This document shows, in pieces, positions 1-8,867 of a stretch of 64,000 bases of DNA (the first letter of the stretch is position 1; the number at the start of each line of letters is the position of its first letter). Made by a program: the position numbers and the translations under genes. Origin of the DNA: an uncultured bacterium (GTDB lineage: Bacteria; Bacillota_I; Bacilli_A; RFN20; CAG-826). The notes below the pieces were generated by a model. It did not search any database, was not told where the DNA came from, and saw only the letters and a list, made by a program, of their open reading frames with translations. The DNA lies in contig CASGDR010000008.1 of the NCBI GenBank assembly GCA_949300345.1, forward strand, positions 149,096 through 213,095. The letters run 5' to 3'.

Positions 1-903
1 GAACTCTAATAGGGAGTCGATGTCCTGCAGGGTGCGGTTCTTGAGCCTTTCCTCTTCCAGTAGCTGTCCCTGACTATGGAAGTACTTGAGCCTTTCCTCG
101 AGTTCTTCCTTGATGGTAACGGTGGCTTCCTTGATGCGGTTATAGGTCGAAAGATGGTCATAGGCCGGATAGATGGGGTGGGTCTTGAAGGAGGTGGACA
201 TTTCCCCGGTCAGGGCATTGACCGCGTGGATGGACTCAAGTTCATCCCCGAAGAAGGAAAGCCTAAGATAGGAATCGCTTCCCTGCATCGGATAGATGTC
301 CATGGTATCCCCATGGACCCTGAATTGCCCCGGGCCTAGACTGGAGGGGCTTCTTACATATTGGGACTGGATGAGCCTAGCGTAGAGGTCCTTCCTATCT
401 ATCTCTTCCCCTACCCTCAGCTCAAAGGCCAAGGAGCGGTATTCCTCCGGATCGCCGAGGGCATAGATGGAGGCTACGGAGGCCACGACGATGGTGTCGC
501 TTCGATTGAGGATGGAGTTGACCGCCGAGGTGCGCAACATCTCGATCTCATCGTTCATGACCGCGTTCTTCTCGATGTAGGTATCGGTCTTGGGAAGATA
601 GGCTTCGGGTTGGTAGAAATCGAAATTGGATACGAAATATTCCACGCGGTTATAGGGAAAGAGCTCCTTGAATTCCCCATATAGCTGGGAAGCCAAAGTC
701 TTGTTATGGACTAGCACCAAAGTGGGCTTATTGACCTTTTGGATGATGTTGGCGACGGTGAAGGTCTTGCCGGTGCCGGTAGCCCCTTTGATGACTTGGA
801 TGTGCTTGCCTTTTGCTATGCCGTCTATGGCCTTGGCAATGGCCTCGGGCTGATCCCCGGTCGGCTTATAGGAGGACACCAGTTCGAAAGGCCTATATTC
901 CAT
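1..903 (-). CDS. uvrB: Excinuclease ABC subunit B, N-terminal ~300 codons. The gene runs off the left window edge and is absent from the supplied ORF track because it has no stop in the window.
   Basis: Own translation of the minus strand from ATG 903-901 gives MEYRPFELVSSYKPTGDQPEAIAKAIDGIAKGKHIQVIKGATGTGKTFTVANIIQKVNKPTLVLVHNKTLASQLYGEFKELFPYNRVEYFVSNFDFYQPEAYLPKTDTYIEK. It shows Walker A GATGTGKT and the UvrB-typical YFVSxxDxYQPEAY block. The plus-strand ORFs at 76-939 are antisense shadows. Confidence 0.9.
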   Translation of the reverse strand, partial: MEYRPFELVSSYKPTGDQPEAIAKAIDGIAKGKHIQVIKGATGTGKTFTVANIIQKVNKPTLVLVHNKTLASQLYGEFKELFPYNRVEYFVSNFDFYQPEAYLPKTDTYIEKNAVMNDEIEMLRTSAVNSILNRSDTIVVASVASIYALGDPEEYRSLAFELRVGEEIDRKDLYARLIQSQYVRSPSSLGPGQFRVHGDTMDIYPMQGSDSYLRLSFFGDELESIHAVNALTGEMSTSFKTHPIYPAYDHLSTYNRIKEATVTIKEELEERLKYFHSQGQLLEEERLKNRTLQDIDSLLEF

Positions 904-905
904 AT

Positions 906-922
906 GGCTGATTATATCAGCC
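906..922 (-). promoter_or_regulatory. Putative uvrB promoter. A -10 TATAAT (minus strand, 916-911) lies inside the 17-bp palindrome GGCTGAT-ATA-ATCAGCC, 7 nt upstream of the ATG (leaderless-type geometry).
   Basis: The minus strand reads GGCTGATATAATCAGCCATATGGAA. There is no Shine-Dalgarno between the -10 and the ATG. Confidence 0.4.
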
Positions 923-1127
923 TGACCTATCTTTCCTAATCAATAAGGTAGCAATGACTTGCTTAATGTTGGTGGAAGTTGCCAAGGCCTGGTTTCAGCG
1001 GAAAACCAAAGCTGACTCTTCTAATAGTAGAAAAGACTAGACCACGGACTCTTGTCTTTAAGAAGATAGATCAAGGAAACGGGCCAATATAGCGAAAATA
1101 CCCGATAATTGGCACCGAAAAGGAGCC

Positions 1128-2141
1128 TCAATCCTCTTTCTTTTCTTCTTTTTTGTTTTCGTTTTGCGGGGCTTCTTCAACTAAGGAAGGCTCTTCGTTT
1201 TTCCTAGAGTAATGCCTGAAGGGAGTAAAGCCTTCCCCATTGATGAATTTGGCCACGGTGAAGGAGACGAAGGCCTTGGGATCGACCGAGGCGATATAGT
1301 CGCTTAGATCGTTCATCTCATGGCGGTAGATGATCACCCTGAGCATGGTCCTATCTTCCCCGGTATAACCGCCCACCGTATCGATCAAGGTGGTCCCGTG
1401 ATCCATATTCACATGGATGTAATCCATGATCTCGTCGGTCTTCTCGGAAATGATGTCGACGATGAGGGTCGACTGACTATAGACATAGAAGTATTGGACG
1501 AATAGGGCCGCCACAAAGGCGGAGATGATGCCGATCATCGCCCCGACCCAATCCTGGAGGACGCAAACGCCGGCGATGATGGTCAAGGCATCGATGCAAA
1601 AGGAGCTCACCCCTTCCTTGATCGAGGTGTATTTGGAAATGATGAAGACCAATATGTCAAAACCTCCGGTCGAGCCGTGTCCTAGGAAGGTAAGGGCACA
1701 ACCTAATCCCCCGATTGCCCCGCCGAAGATGCCGGCTAGAAGGACTGAGGTCATGGCGATCGTACCGTCCGGTTCCTTGTATTCCATGAGGGCCTCGGTG
1801 ATCGCGCTGCCGGCGCCGGTCCTTAAAAACAAGGTATAGAAAAGCGGGTAGGCAATCGTGGCAAGCAGGGTATGGGCGCTGAACTTCTTGCCTAGCACGA
1901 ATAGCCCGATGAGGAAGAAGGCCACCTGGAAGGCTGCGACCACGATGTCATTGACAAGCACCGAATCATTGAAGAAATGGGCCACGATGATACCGATGGA
2001 GACCGCGCCGCCGGAGACGATTTCAAAGGGAGTGAAAAACACCGCGTCCCCGAAGGCCAAGATCAGACAGCCCAAAACGACTAAGAAGACGTTTCTAAAT
2101 GCCGGACAATACCTATAGGAGGTGATTTTTCTAATGCCCAT
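1128..2141 (-). CDS. YitT-family membrane protein (multi-TM N-part plus C-terminal DUF2179-like domain)
   Basis: ORF 1128-2225 was trimmed to ATG 2141 (MGIRKITSY...), which overlaps the prfB stop by 11 nt. It has hydrophobic segments with GGAVSIGIIVAHFF and GHGSTGGFDIL. The soluble tail RTMLRVIIYRHEMNDLSDYIASVDPKAFVSFT is typical of YitT/DUF2179. Confidence 0.75.
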   Translation of the reverse strand: MGIRKITSYRYCPAFRNVFLVVLGCLILAFGDAVFFTPFEIVSGGAVSIGIIVAHFFNDSVLVNDIVVAAFQVAFFLIGLFVLGKKFSAHTLLATIAYPLFYTLFLRTGAGSAITEALMEYKEPDGTIAMTSVLLAGIFGGAIGGLGCALTFLGHGSTGGFDILVFIISKYTSIKEGVSSFCIDALTIIAGVCVLQDWVGAMIGIISAFVAALFVQYFYVYSQSTLIVDIISEKTDEIMDYIHVNMDHGTTLIDTVGGYTGEDRTMLRVIIYRHEMNDLSDYIASVDPKAFVSFTVAKFINGEGFTPFRHYSRKNEEPSLVEEAPQNENKKEEKKED

Positions 2142-3244
2142 TCTTCTTCGCCTCCATTTCCAGGTAGGCGAACATGAAAGGGTCGAGATTGCCTTCCATG
2201 GTGCCTTCCACGTCACTGGTCTCATAGTCGGTACGGTTGTCCTTGACCAAGGTATAGGGACAGAACACGTACGAGCGGATCTGACTCCCCCACTCGATGT
2301 TCTTCTGTTCCCCGATGATGGATTTCAGATGTGCTTCCCGCTCCTCGATCTGCCTGGCCATGAGTTTCTCGCGAAGCATCCTCATGCAGGTTTCCTTATT
2401 GAAGAGCTGGCTGCGCTCGATTTCGCAGCTGACCACGATGCCGGTGGGAAGATGGGTGATGCGCACGGCCGAGGAGACCTTGTTGACGTTTTGTCCGCCG
2501 GCTCCCCCGGAGCGGTAGGTATCCACCTTCAAGTCCTTCTGGTCGATGACGATGGAGTCCACTTCCTTGAATTCAGGGACGATGGAAACCGAAGCGAAGG
2601 AGGTGTGCCTTCTGGCGTTGGCGTCAAAGGGCGAGATTCTTACCAGGCGGTGGACCCCTTTCTCGGATTTGAGCATCCCATAGGCGCGGGTGCCGCTGAC
2701 CTTGACCGTAGCCGACTTGCAGCCGGCTTCTTCGCCCGGTTCATAGTAAAGCACTTCCCACTTGAAACGGTGGGATTCGGCCCAGCGGTTATACATGCGC
2801 AGCAGCATCTCCGCCCAATCCATGGCTTCGGTGCCTCCGGCCCCAGGATGGATTTCGATGGTGGCGTTTAGCTCATCGTATTCCCCGCTGAAAAGCAAAA
2901 TGGTCCTAAGTTCATGGATTTTCTTATCGAGGTCCTTTTCCAAGGTTTCGATAAGCTCGCACAGCTCTATATCTTCGGGGGTGGCTTCCTTTAATAGTTC
3001 GCTGAGGTCATTGAAATCGGAGTTGATGGACTCCATGGACTTCACGGTGTTCTTGAGGTCGCCGAGGCGGTTGCTCAAAGAGGCAGCTTCGCGGTGGTCA
3101 TCCCAAAAGGCAGGGTCTTCCTGCTTCTTTTCGATCTGGGCGATTTCTTCTTTTAGCTTAGGTAGGTCAAAGAGAGCCACCGAGCTGCGTTACATAGGCG
3201 GCGAGTTCTTTGGCCTTCTGTCTGGATTCGACTAGCTCTTGCAT
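2131..3244 (-). CDS. prfB: Peptide chain release factor 2, requiring a programmed +1 frameshift
   Basis: Frame 0 from ATG 3244 reads MQELVESRQKAKELAAYVTQLGGSL, then TGA (3169-3167). The +1 frame continues DLPKLKEEIAQIEKK... to TAG 2133-2131. SPF (ISPFDANARRHTSF) and GGQ (SGGAGGQNVNK) motifs are present. Confidence 0.93.
3166..3181 (-). other. prfB +1 recoding site: GGT GGC TCT CTT TGA C (SD-like GGTGG, 3-nt spacer, slippery CTT, UGA, C)
   Basis: Hand reverse-complement of 3161-3244. The layout matches the E. coli AGGGGG-TAT-CTT-TGA-C arrangement. Confidence 0.9.
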
Positions 3245-3309
3245 ATTCCTCTCTCTTTCCGGATGTTGAAATTACAGGCGCCTTTTGCGCCGTTATAAAT
3301 ATTATAAGC

Positions 3310-5742
3310 CTATTCTGCGGGTTTTTGCTCAGGAGTGGCTTCGGGCTCCTTGGCCTCTGTATCGATGACCTCAGGCTCAGGCTTGGGTTCTTCCTTCTTG
3401 ATGATGCGGACGTTGAGCAGATTGAGGGCGGTATCCACGGCGATGGATTCGTTCATCTTCCCAAATAGGTCATAGCCTTCGTTTACATAGTCCTGAAGGG
3501 GGTTGGTCTGGGCATAGGACCTTAGACCGATGCCCTCGCGCAGGTGGGACATGGTGTCGATGTGCTTTTGCCAATTCCTATCGATGACCGAAAGATGGAC
3601 CTGCCTTTCGATGGAGTCGGCCTGCTCGAGTGGCCAGGTTGCCCTCTTCTCGAGGTAGTAAGCATATAGGGTTTCGCCCAAGTCCTCGGCCGCCTCTTCT
3701 TCGGGGGCTCCGTCATAGGCGGAGACATTGAGGCTACCCTCGGGCAGGAAGCGGGGTTCGACTATCCTTCTAAGATATTCGCCGGCAATGGTCCCGTCGT
3801 TATTGGTGGGGTCAAGGGCGGCGTGGGCCAAGAACCTTCCGGCTCCCATGAAGGCATTGCGGATCAGTTCGGTGATGTCCTCGGCGTAGAGGATGCGGTC
3901 GCGCTTGTCATAGACGATTTGCCTTTGCTTGGCCAAGACATCGTCATAGTCGAGCAGGTTCTTGCGGGTATCGAAGTTCTTGCCCTCGATCTGCTTCTGG
4001 GCATTGGTGACGGCGTTGGTGAGCATCCTATTCTCATAGGAATCGTCCTGGAGTTGGTTGACGAAGAGTTTACGCACCGACTCGGAGGCAAACCTTCTCA
4101 TGAGTTCGTCATCAAAGGAGACGAAGAAGCGGGTATAACCCGGGTCGCCCTGACGTCCGGAACGTCCGCGCAGCTGGTTGTCGATACGGCGGGATTCATG
4201 GCGTTCGGTGCCTAGGACGCAGAGCCCTCCTAGTTCGACCACCCCGGGGCCGAGTTTGATGTCGGTACCACGGCCGGCCATGTTGGTGGCAAGCGTCACC
4301 GCGCCCTTTTCGCCGGCATGGGAGATGATTTCGGCTTCACGGGCCTGGTTTTTGGCATTTAGGACTTCATGGGGGATGCCTGCGTTAGTGAGCAGGTGGC
4401 TGATTTCCTCATTGGATTCGACCGAGACGGTACCGATAAGAACCGGCTGTCCTTTTTCGTGGCGGGCTTTGACCTCTTCGATGAGGGCCTTGAGCTTTGC
4501 CTTATGGGTTCCGAAGATCAGGTCGGTATCGTCCTTGCGCTGGATGGGCTTGTTGGTAGGAATCACGATGACCTTCATGTTGTAGATCTTCTGGAATTCC
4601 TCTTCCTCGGTCTTTGCGGTACCGGTCATGCCGGAGAGCTTCTTATAAAGACGGAAGAAGTTCTGATAGGTGATGGTGGCTAGGACCACGGTCTCCTGCT
4701 TGATTTCCACGCCTTCCTTGGCCTGGATGGCCTGTTGGAGGCCGTCATTGTATTCGCGGCCCTTGAGGATACGGCCGGTGAATTGGTCGATGAGCTGGAT
4801 GGTCCTATCCTTATCGACGAGGTATTCGACGTCGCGGCCCATGATGTAGTTCGCCTTTAGGGCTTGGTGGATGCGGTGGACCAGATCCTGGTTCTCGGGG
4901 TCATAGAGGTTCTTGATTCCGAACATCCTTTCGGCTTTGTTGTTGCCCTCATCGGTCAATGAAGCCGTCTTGGTCTTGATGTCGATGGTGAAGTCGCGGT
5001 CTTTGCGGAGCGACTTAACGAACCTATCGGCGACCTGGTATTGGCTGGCCGGGGCTTTTTGCCCGCCGGAGATGATAAGCGGGGTGCGGGATTCATCGAT
5101 GAGGATGGAGTCGGCTTCGTCGACCACGGCGAATTTCAATCCGCGCAGGACCCTGCCCTTGAGAGTAGGCGCCATATTGTCGCGGAGATAATCGAAACCG
5201 AGTTCGGAGTTGGTGGTATAGGTGATATCGCAGAGATAGGCGTCGCGCTTTTCCTGGTTGGACTTATGGGCGAGGTTGACCCCGACGGTCAGTCCGAGGA
5301 AGCGGTAAATCTGGCCCATCCATTCGGCGTCGCGTTCGGCCAAGTATTCGTTGACGGTGACGACGTGTACGCCTTCCCCGGATAGGGCGTTTAGATAAAC
5401 CGCCATGGTGGCAGTGAGGGTTTTGCCTTCGCCGGTCTTCATTTCGGCGATGTCGCCGTTATGGAGGACCAAAGCGCCGATGATCTGCACCTTGAAGGGG
5501 AATTGCCCCAAGGTGCGCCTTGCGGCTTCCCTAGCTACCGCAAAGGCTTCGTATTTGATTTCGTCGAGGGTAAACTCCCCTTCCTTGATGCCCCTTTGGT
5601 AGTTGGCGGTCATCTCGCGGAGTTCGTCGTCGGTTTTGTTCTTCATCGTCTCTTCATAGGCGATGACGCGGTCCGCTTCGCGTCCATAACGGGCGAGTTC
5701 ACGGGCTTCTAGATGGAATAATTTTTCAATGATATTGGCCAT
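3310..5742 (-). CDS. secA: Preprotein translocase ATPase SecA, with a P/E/K-rich C-terminus and no Cys-rich zinc tail
   Basis: The ORF was trimmed to MANIIEKLF (ATG 5742). It carries MKTGEGKTLTATMAVYLNAL, VTVNEYLAERD and TNMAGRGTDIKLG motifs. Confidence 0.95.
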   Translation of the reverse strand: MANIIEKLFHLEARELARYGREADRVIAYEETMKNKTDDELREMTANYQRGIKEGEFTLDEIKYEAFAVAREAARRTLGQFPFKVQIIGALVLHNGDIAEMKTGEGKTLTATMAVYLNALSGEGVHVVTVNEYLAERDAEWMGQIYRFLGLTVGVNLAHKSNQEKRDAYLCDITYTTNSELGFDYLRDNMAPTLKGRVLRGLKFAVVDEADSILIDESRTPLIISGGQKAPASQYQVADRFVKSLRKDRDFTIDIKTKTASLTDEGNNKAERMFGIKNLYDPENQDLVHRIHQALKANYIMGRDVEYLVDKDRTIQLIDQFTGRILKGREYNDGLQQAIQAKEGVEIKQETVVLATITYQNFFRLYKKLSGMTGTAKTEEEEFQKIYNMKVIVIPTNKPIQRKDDTDLIFGTHKAKLKALIEEVKARHEKGQPVLIGTVSVESNEEISHLLTNAGIPHEVLNAKNQAREAEIISHAGEKGAVTLATNMAGRGTDIKLGPGVVELGGLCVLGTERHESRRIDNQLRGRSGRQGDPGYTRFFVSFDDELMRRFASESVRKLFVNQLQDDSYENRMLTNAVTNAQKQIEGKNFDTRKNLLDYDDVLAKQRQIVYDKRDRILYAEDITELIRNAFMGAGRFLAHAALDPTNNDGTIAGEYLRRIVEPRFLPEGSLNVSAYDGAPEEEAAEDLGETLYAYYLEKRATWPLEQADSIERQVHLSVIDRNWQKHIDTMSHLREGIGLRSYAQTNPLQDYVNEGYDLFGKMNESIAVDTALNLLNVRIIKKEEPKPEPEVIDTEAKEPEATPEQKPAE

Positions 5743-5765
5743 GTCTTTGTCCTGAAACGGCCTTG

Positions 5766-5774
5766 ATTCTACCA
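5766..5774 (-). promoter_or_regulatory. Putative secA extended -10 (TGgTAGAAT)
   Basis: The minus strand reads CCTAATGGTAGAATCAAGGCCGTTTCAGGACAAAGACATG. The box lies 23 nt upstream of the ATG. Confidence 0.35.
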
Positions 5775-6036
5775 TTAGGTAGAGTGACTTCCTAGGGGCA
5801 TGGCTTTTCTCTTTGTTGGCTTATCAAGGGAAATATAGGCGGATTGGTTTTGCTTTTACTTGATGAATCAGAGGGCAATAGGCCAATCATTTCGTCTTCG
5901 ATGGCAGTTACTTTGAGGAACGCTGTCTCCTTAAGGAGCTCACTATTGATGGCGATTTCTATTCATGGGGCATCAACCAAAAAGTACCAAACAGGCAGTG
6001 AGTTGTTCTTAGAAAAATAAACGAAAAACCATTTAT

Positions 6037-6732
6037 TTAATTGGGTTTTGCGGTCTTTGCTAGGAAAAGGGCTTTGAGCCTTTTGGGGTGGCAGGACGCA
6101 ATCAAGGTCAAGCAGGCTTTGGCGGTCGCTCCGGTTGTAAAGACATCATCGACGAAAAGGATTTTCTTCCCGCTTAGGTCAATCTTCTTTTTAAGGACGA
6201 TCACGTCTTTGACCTTGGACCTCTCTTCGATGGTAGAGTCCGCTTGCTTATGATCGCTGGTCTTATCAAGGAGTTCCAACATCTCCAATCCAAGGGGGCG
6301 GAATAGTTCGACCACATGGTTGAAGCCCCTAGCCTGGTCATGGCCGATGTAGGATGGGGCGGGCACGATCTTATAACCTAGATACAAGGCTCTTAAAAGA
6401 CTCTTCTGGAAATATAGGAAAGTAGGCGCCAGTTCGATATCCTTGGCCCCTTTTAGGGCATAGAGTTGGCTTCTGAATCCTTCTTCATATGGGTATAAGG
6501 ACATGGCCTTGATGCCATCGACCTTGAAGGTCTCTTGCTCTGGTTCCATGGACTGGAAGCACTTGGGGCAGATGACGGGATCATCGGAAAAGACGACCCC
6601 ATATGTTAGGGTATGGATGTCCTTGAAACAGACCCTACAAAAAGGAGTTGCAGTATCGGATTTCCCGTTCGGCTTCTTCCATGGCAGGGGTTCTTTCCCT
6701 AGCCAGGAAGATAACTTCTCCTTTAGGCGCAT
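6037..6732 (-). CDS. comFC: ComF-family protein ComFC (phosphoribosyltransferase fold with an N-terminal Cys4 finger)
   Basis: The start was moved to ATG 6732 (MRLKEK...), which is preceded by GGGAGGAAAGCGG. It has CRVC...CPKC and a PRTase loop ILFVDDVFTTGATA. It overlaps the comFA 3' end by 98 nt. Confidence 0.75.
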   Translation of the reverse strand: MRLKEKLSSWLGKEPLPWKKPNGKSDTATPFCRVCFKDIHTLTYGVVFSDDPVICPKCFQSMEPEQETFKVDGIKAMSLYPYEEGFRSQLYALKGAKDIELAPTFLYFQKSLLRALYLGYKIVPAPSYIGHDQARGFNHVVELFRPLGLEMLELLDKTSDHKQADSTIEERSKVKDVIVLKKKIDLSGKKILFVDDVFTTGATAKACLTLIASCHPKRLKALFLAKTAKPN

Positions 6733-7780
6733 CCGCTTTCCTCCCTGCCCTACCGGCAATCTGCACCAAGGCGGCCCGGTCATAGATGGGGCCGTCGGCT
6801 TCAAAGACAATGACCTGCAGTCCTTTGATGGTTATCCCCCTTTCAAGTACCGCGGTGGTTATCAGATATAGATATTTCCCTTCCCTGAAATCCTTGATGA
6901 CCTCACTCCGGTCAGGCTTCTTGGAATAGACGAAATTCCCTTTTGGGGCAAACATGGCAATCTTCTTATAAAGGGTCTCCGCCAGATTGACCGAGGGCAC
7001 GAAGACCAAACAAGGAAGTTTTTCCTTTCGATACTGATATAGTTTCTTGAGCAAATAAGGGATGAACAAAGACCTGATCCTTACCTCGAACTGGGGTACG
7101 GGAATCGGCCTCTTATGGAATCTTGTCCTTAATTCCAATAGGCCTTTTCCCTCTTTTTTATGCTCTTGGATCAGCTCATCGCTTGGGGTAGCCGAAAGCA
7201 AGACATAATGCCCCCTAAGCGCCCTTTGGAACATGGCTTCCAAGACATCGTTCCCTTTATAGGGAAAGGCATCGATCTCATCCATGATGATGAGGTCAAA
7301 GTACTTCTCATAGCGGTATAGCTGATGGGTGGTCAGGACGATGAGGTCGCCTTCAAGCACCGAAGAATGGTCCCCGTAGACGGCGATGACCTTGGAGTTG
7401 GTAAAAGCATCTTTCAGGCGGTGGTATAGTTCCATGGCCACATCGCGCCTAGGGAGGGCAAAGGCAACCTGATGGCCCAAGGACATGGCCCTAGCGATCA
7501 GGGCGAAGGTGAGTTCCGTCTTCCCGGCCCCGCAGACGGCATAGACCAAGGAGTCAATGCCGGACATGTAGTTTTCCAGTAGCTCCGCGGATAGTCCTTT
7601 CTGCTCTAGAGTGAGGGAATATTTCAGATCAAGGACGACGTTTCTGCAGGTTTTTTGGACTATTCGCGCGCTTCTTCCGGTAAATGAGACGCATTTGCGG
7701 CAGTAAGGCTTGCCGTTTCTATATCCGATATACCTGGGCTCGGAATTCCCGCATAGGGGACACACAAAAAGGGGCTCCAT
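6635..7780 (-). CDS. comFA: ComFA-like DEAD/DEAH-box helicase (competence DNA-uptake ATPase)
   Basis: It has an N-terminal zinc finger CPLCG...CRKC, Walker A AVCGAGKTE, Walker B IIMDEIDAF and a helicase C-part TTAVLERGITI...QIAGRAGR. The secA-proximal comF synteny matches Bacillus. Confidence 0.8.
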   Translation of the reverse strand: MEPLFVCPLCGNSEPRYIGYRNGKPYCRKCVSFTGRSARIVQKTCRNVVLDLKYSLTLEQKGLSAELLENYMSGIDSLVYAVCGAGKTELTFALIARAMSLGHQVAFALPRRDVAMELYHRLKDAFTNSKVIAVYGDHSSVLEGDLIVLTTHQLYRYEKYFDLIIMDEIDAFPYKGNDVLEAMFQRALRGHYVLLSATPSDELIQEHKKEGKGLLELRTRFHKRPIPVPQFEVRIRSLFIPYLLKKLYQYRKEKLPCLVFVPSVNLAETLYKKIAMFAPKGNFVYSKKPDRSEVIKDFREGKYLYLITTAVLERGITIKGLQVIVFEADGPIYDRAALVQIAGRAGRKADAPKGEVIFLARERTPAMEEAEREIRYCNSFL

Positions 7781-7816
7781 GGAATAAGGTATCCCACTTC
7801 ACCCCGAATGGTCCGA

Positions 7817-8860
7817 TTATTGGTTCTCGTAATCGGTGATTTCGTTCACCCGCCTGGCGTGCTTGCCCCTTAGGAAGTGGCTCGAGAGGAAGACATACAT
7901 CCTTCTTTCGATGTCTTCATAGGACATGAACTTGGCCCCGAAGGCAATCATGTTGGCCCGGTTATGTTCTCTAATCAGATGAGCGACATCATCGTTATAA
8001 CCGATTCCGCATCTGACACCCTTGACCTTGTTGGCGGCGATGGCGATGCCTTCCCCGCTGGCGCAGACCAAAACCCCATAGTCGGCCTCGCCTCTTGAGA
8101 TGTATTTGGCGGCTTCGATGGCAAACAAGGGGTAGTCGCAGGATTCGATGGAAGAGCAGCCCACATCGATTACGCATAGGCCGTTATTCGAAAGGCTTTC
8201 CTTGAGCTTTTCCTTGACCTCGAATCCGGCATGGTCAGAGCCAAGGACGATATATATCTTCTTATGGAAAGAGCTTTCGATATCGGAGAACTTGAGTTTT
8301 CCTTCCCTCACCAATTTGATTTCGTTGGTCTTGGTCACATCGATGATGGTGCTGGGGATATAGGAGGTGCATTCCCCTTTTACAATGGCGTCGGCTTCAA
8401 TGGCGTTTATGGCATCTTCGAACAAAGACGGGGCACGTTCGCCCGAGCGGTTGGCCGAAGTGACCAGGCACGGTTCCCCGACCGCTTCGATCATGGCCCG
8501 CACATCCGGGTCTTCGCTGAGCCTGACCCCGATGACCCCGGTCCCGCAGTCGGCGGCGTAAGGGACTCCTTTTTTTGCCCTCATCAGCATGGTGAGCTCA
8601 CCAGGCAAAAAGCGGTCGATGAGCAAACGGGTCCTTAAGTCGGCATCGACGTATTCGAAGATGTCGTTGATGTTGCTGAACATCAAGGAAAAGGGCTTAT
8701 TGTCCCGATGGCCTTTGGCCTTGAGGAGCCTTTCTAGGCCTTCTTTGCTGGATAAGGCACAGCCGACCCCGTAGACGGTTTCGGTGGGGAAGGCTACGAT
8801 GCCGCCCTCTTTTAAAATAGAGGCGGCTTTCCTGATTGCGGATTTCTCTAAGATTTCCAT
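7817..8860 (-). CDS. Fusion protein: L-threonylcarbamoyladenylate synthase (TsaC/YrdC domain, ~aa 1-198) plus ribose-5-phosphate isomerase B (RpiB/LacAB, ~aa 200-347)
   Basis: N-part: FPTETVYGVGC, KAKGHRDNKPFSLMF, LVTSANRSGE. C-part: IVLGSDHAGFEVKEKL, VLVCASGEGIAIAANKVKGVRCG, REHNRANMIAFGAKF. It is one uninterrupted ORF. Confidence 0.8.
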   Translation of the reverse strand: MEILEKSAIRKAASILKEGGIVAFPTETVYGVGCALSSKEGLERLLKAKGHRDNKPFSLMFSNINDIFEYVDADLRTRLLIDRFLPGELTMLMRAKKGVPYAADCGTGVIGVRLSEDPDVRAMIEAVGEPCLVTSANRSGERAPSLFEDAINAIEADAIVKGECTSYIPSTIIDVTKTNEIKLVREGKLKFSDIESSFHKKIYIVLGSDHAGFEVKEKLKESLSNNGLCVIDVGCSSIESCDYPLFAIEAAKYISRGEADYGVLVCASGEGIAIAANKVKGVRCGIGYNDDVAHLIREHNRANMIAFGAKFMSYEDIERRMYVFLSSHFLRGKHARRVNEITDYENQ

Positions 8861-8867
8861 GGCGGCG

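Noticed and set aside
76-939. Four plus-strand ORFs (87, 107, 61 and 66 aa) at the left edge
   Set aside because: They are antisense shadows of uvrB. The minus strand translates cleanly into UvrB from ATG 903 to the window edge, and the plus-strand products are G/D/V/L-rich nonsense.
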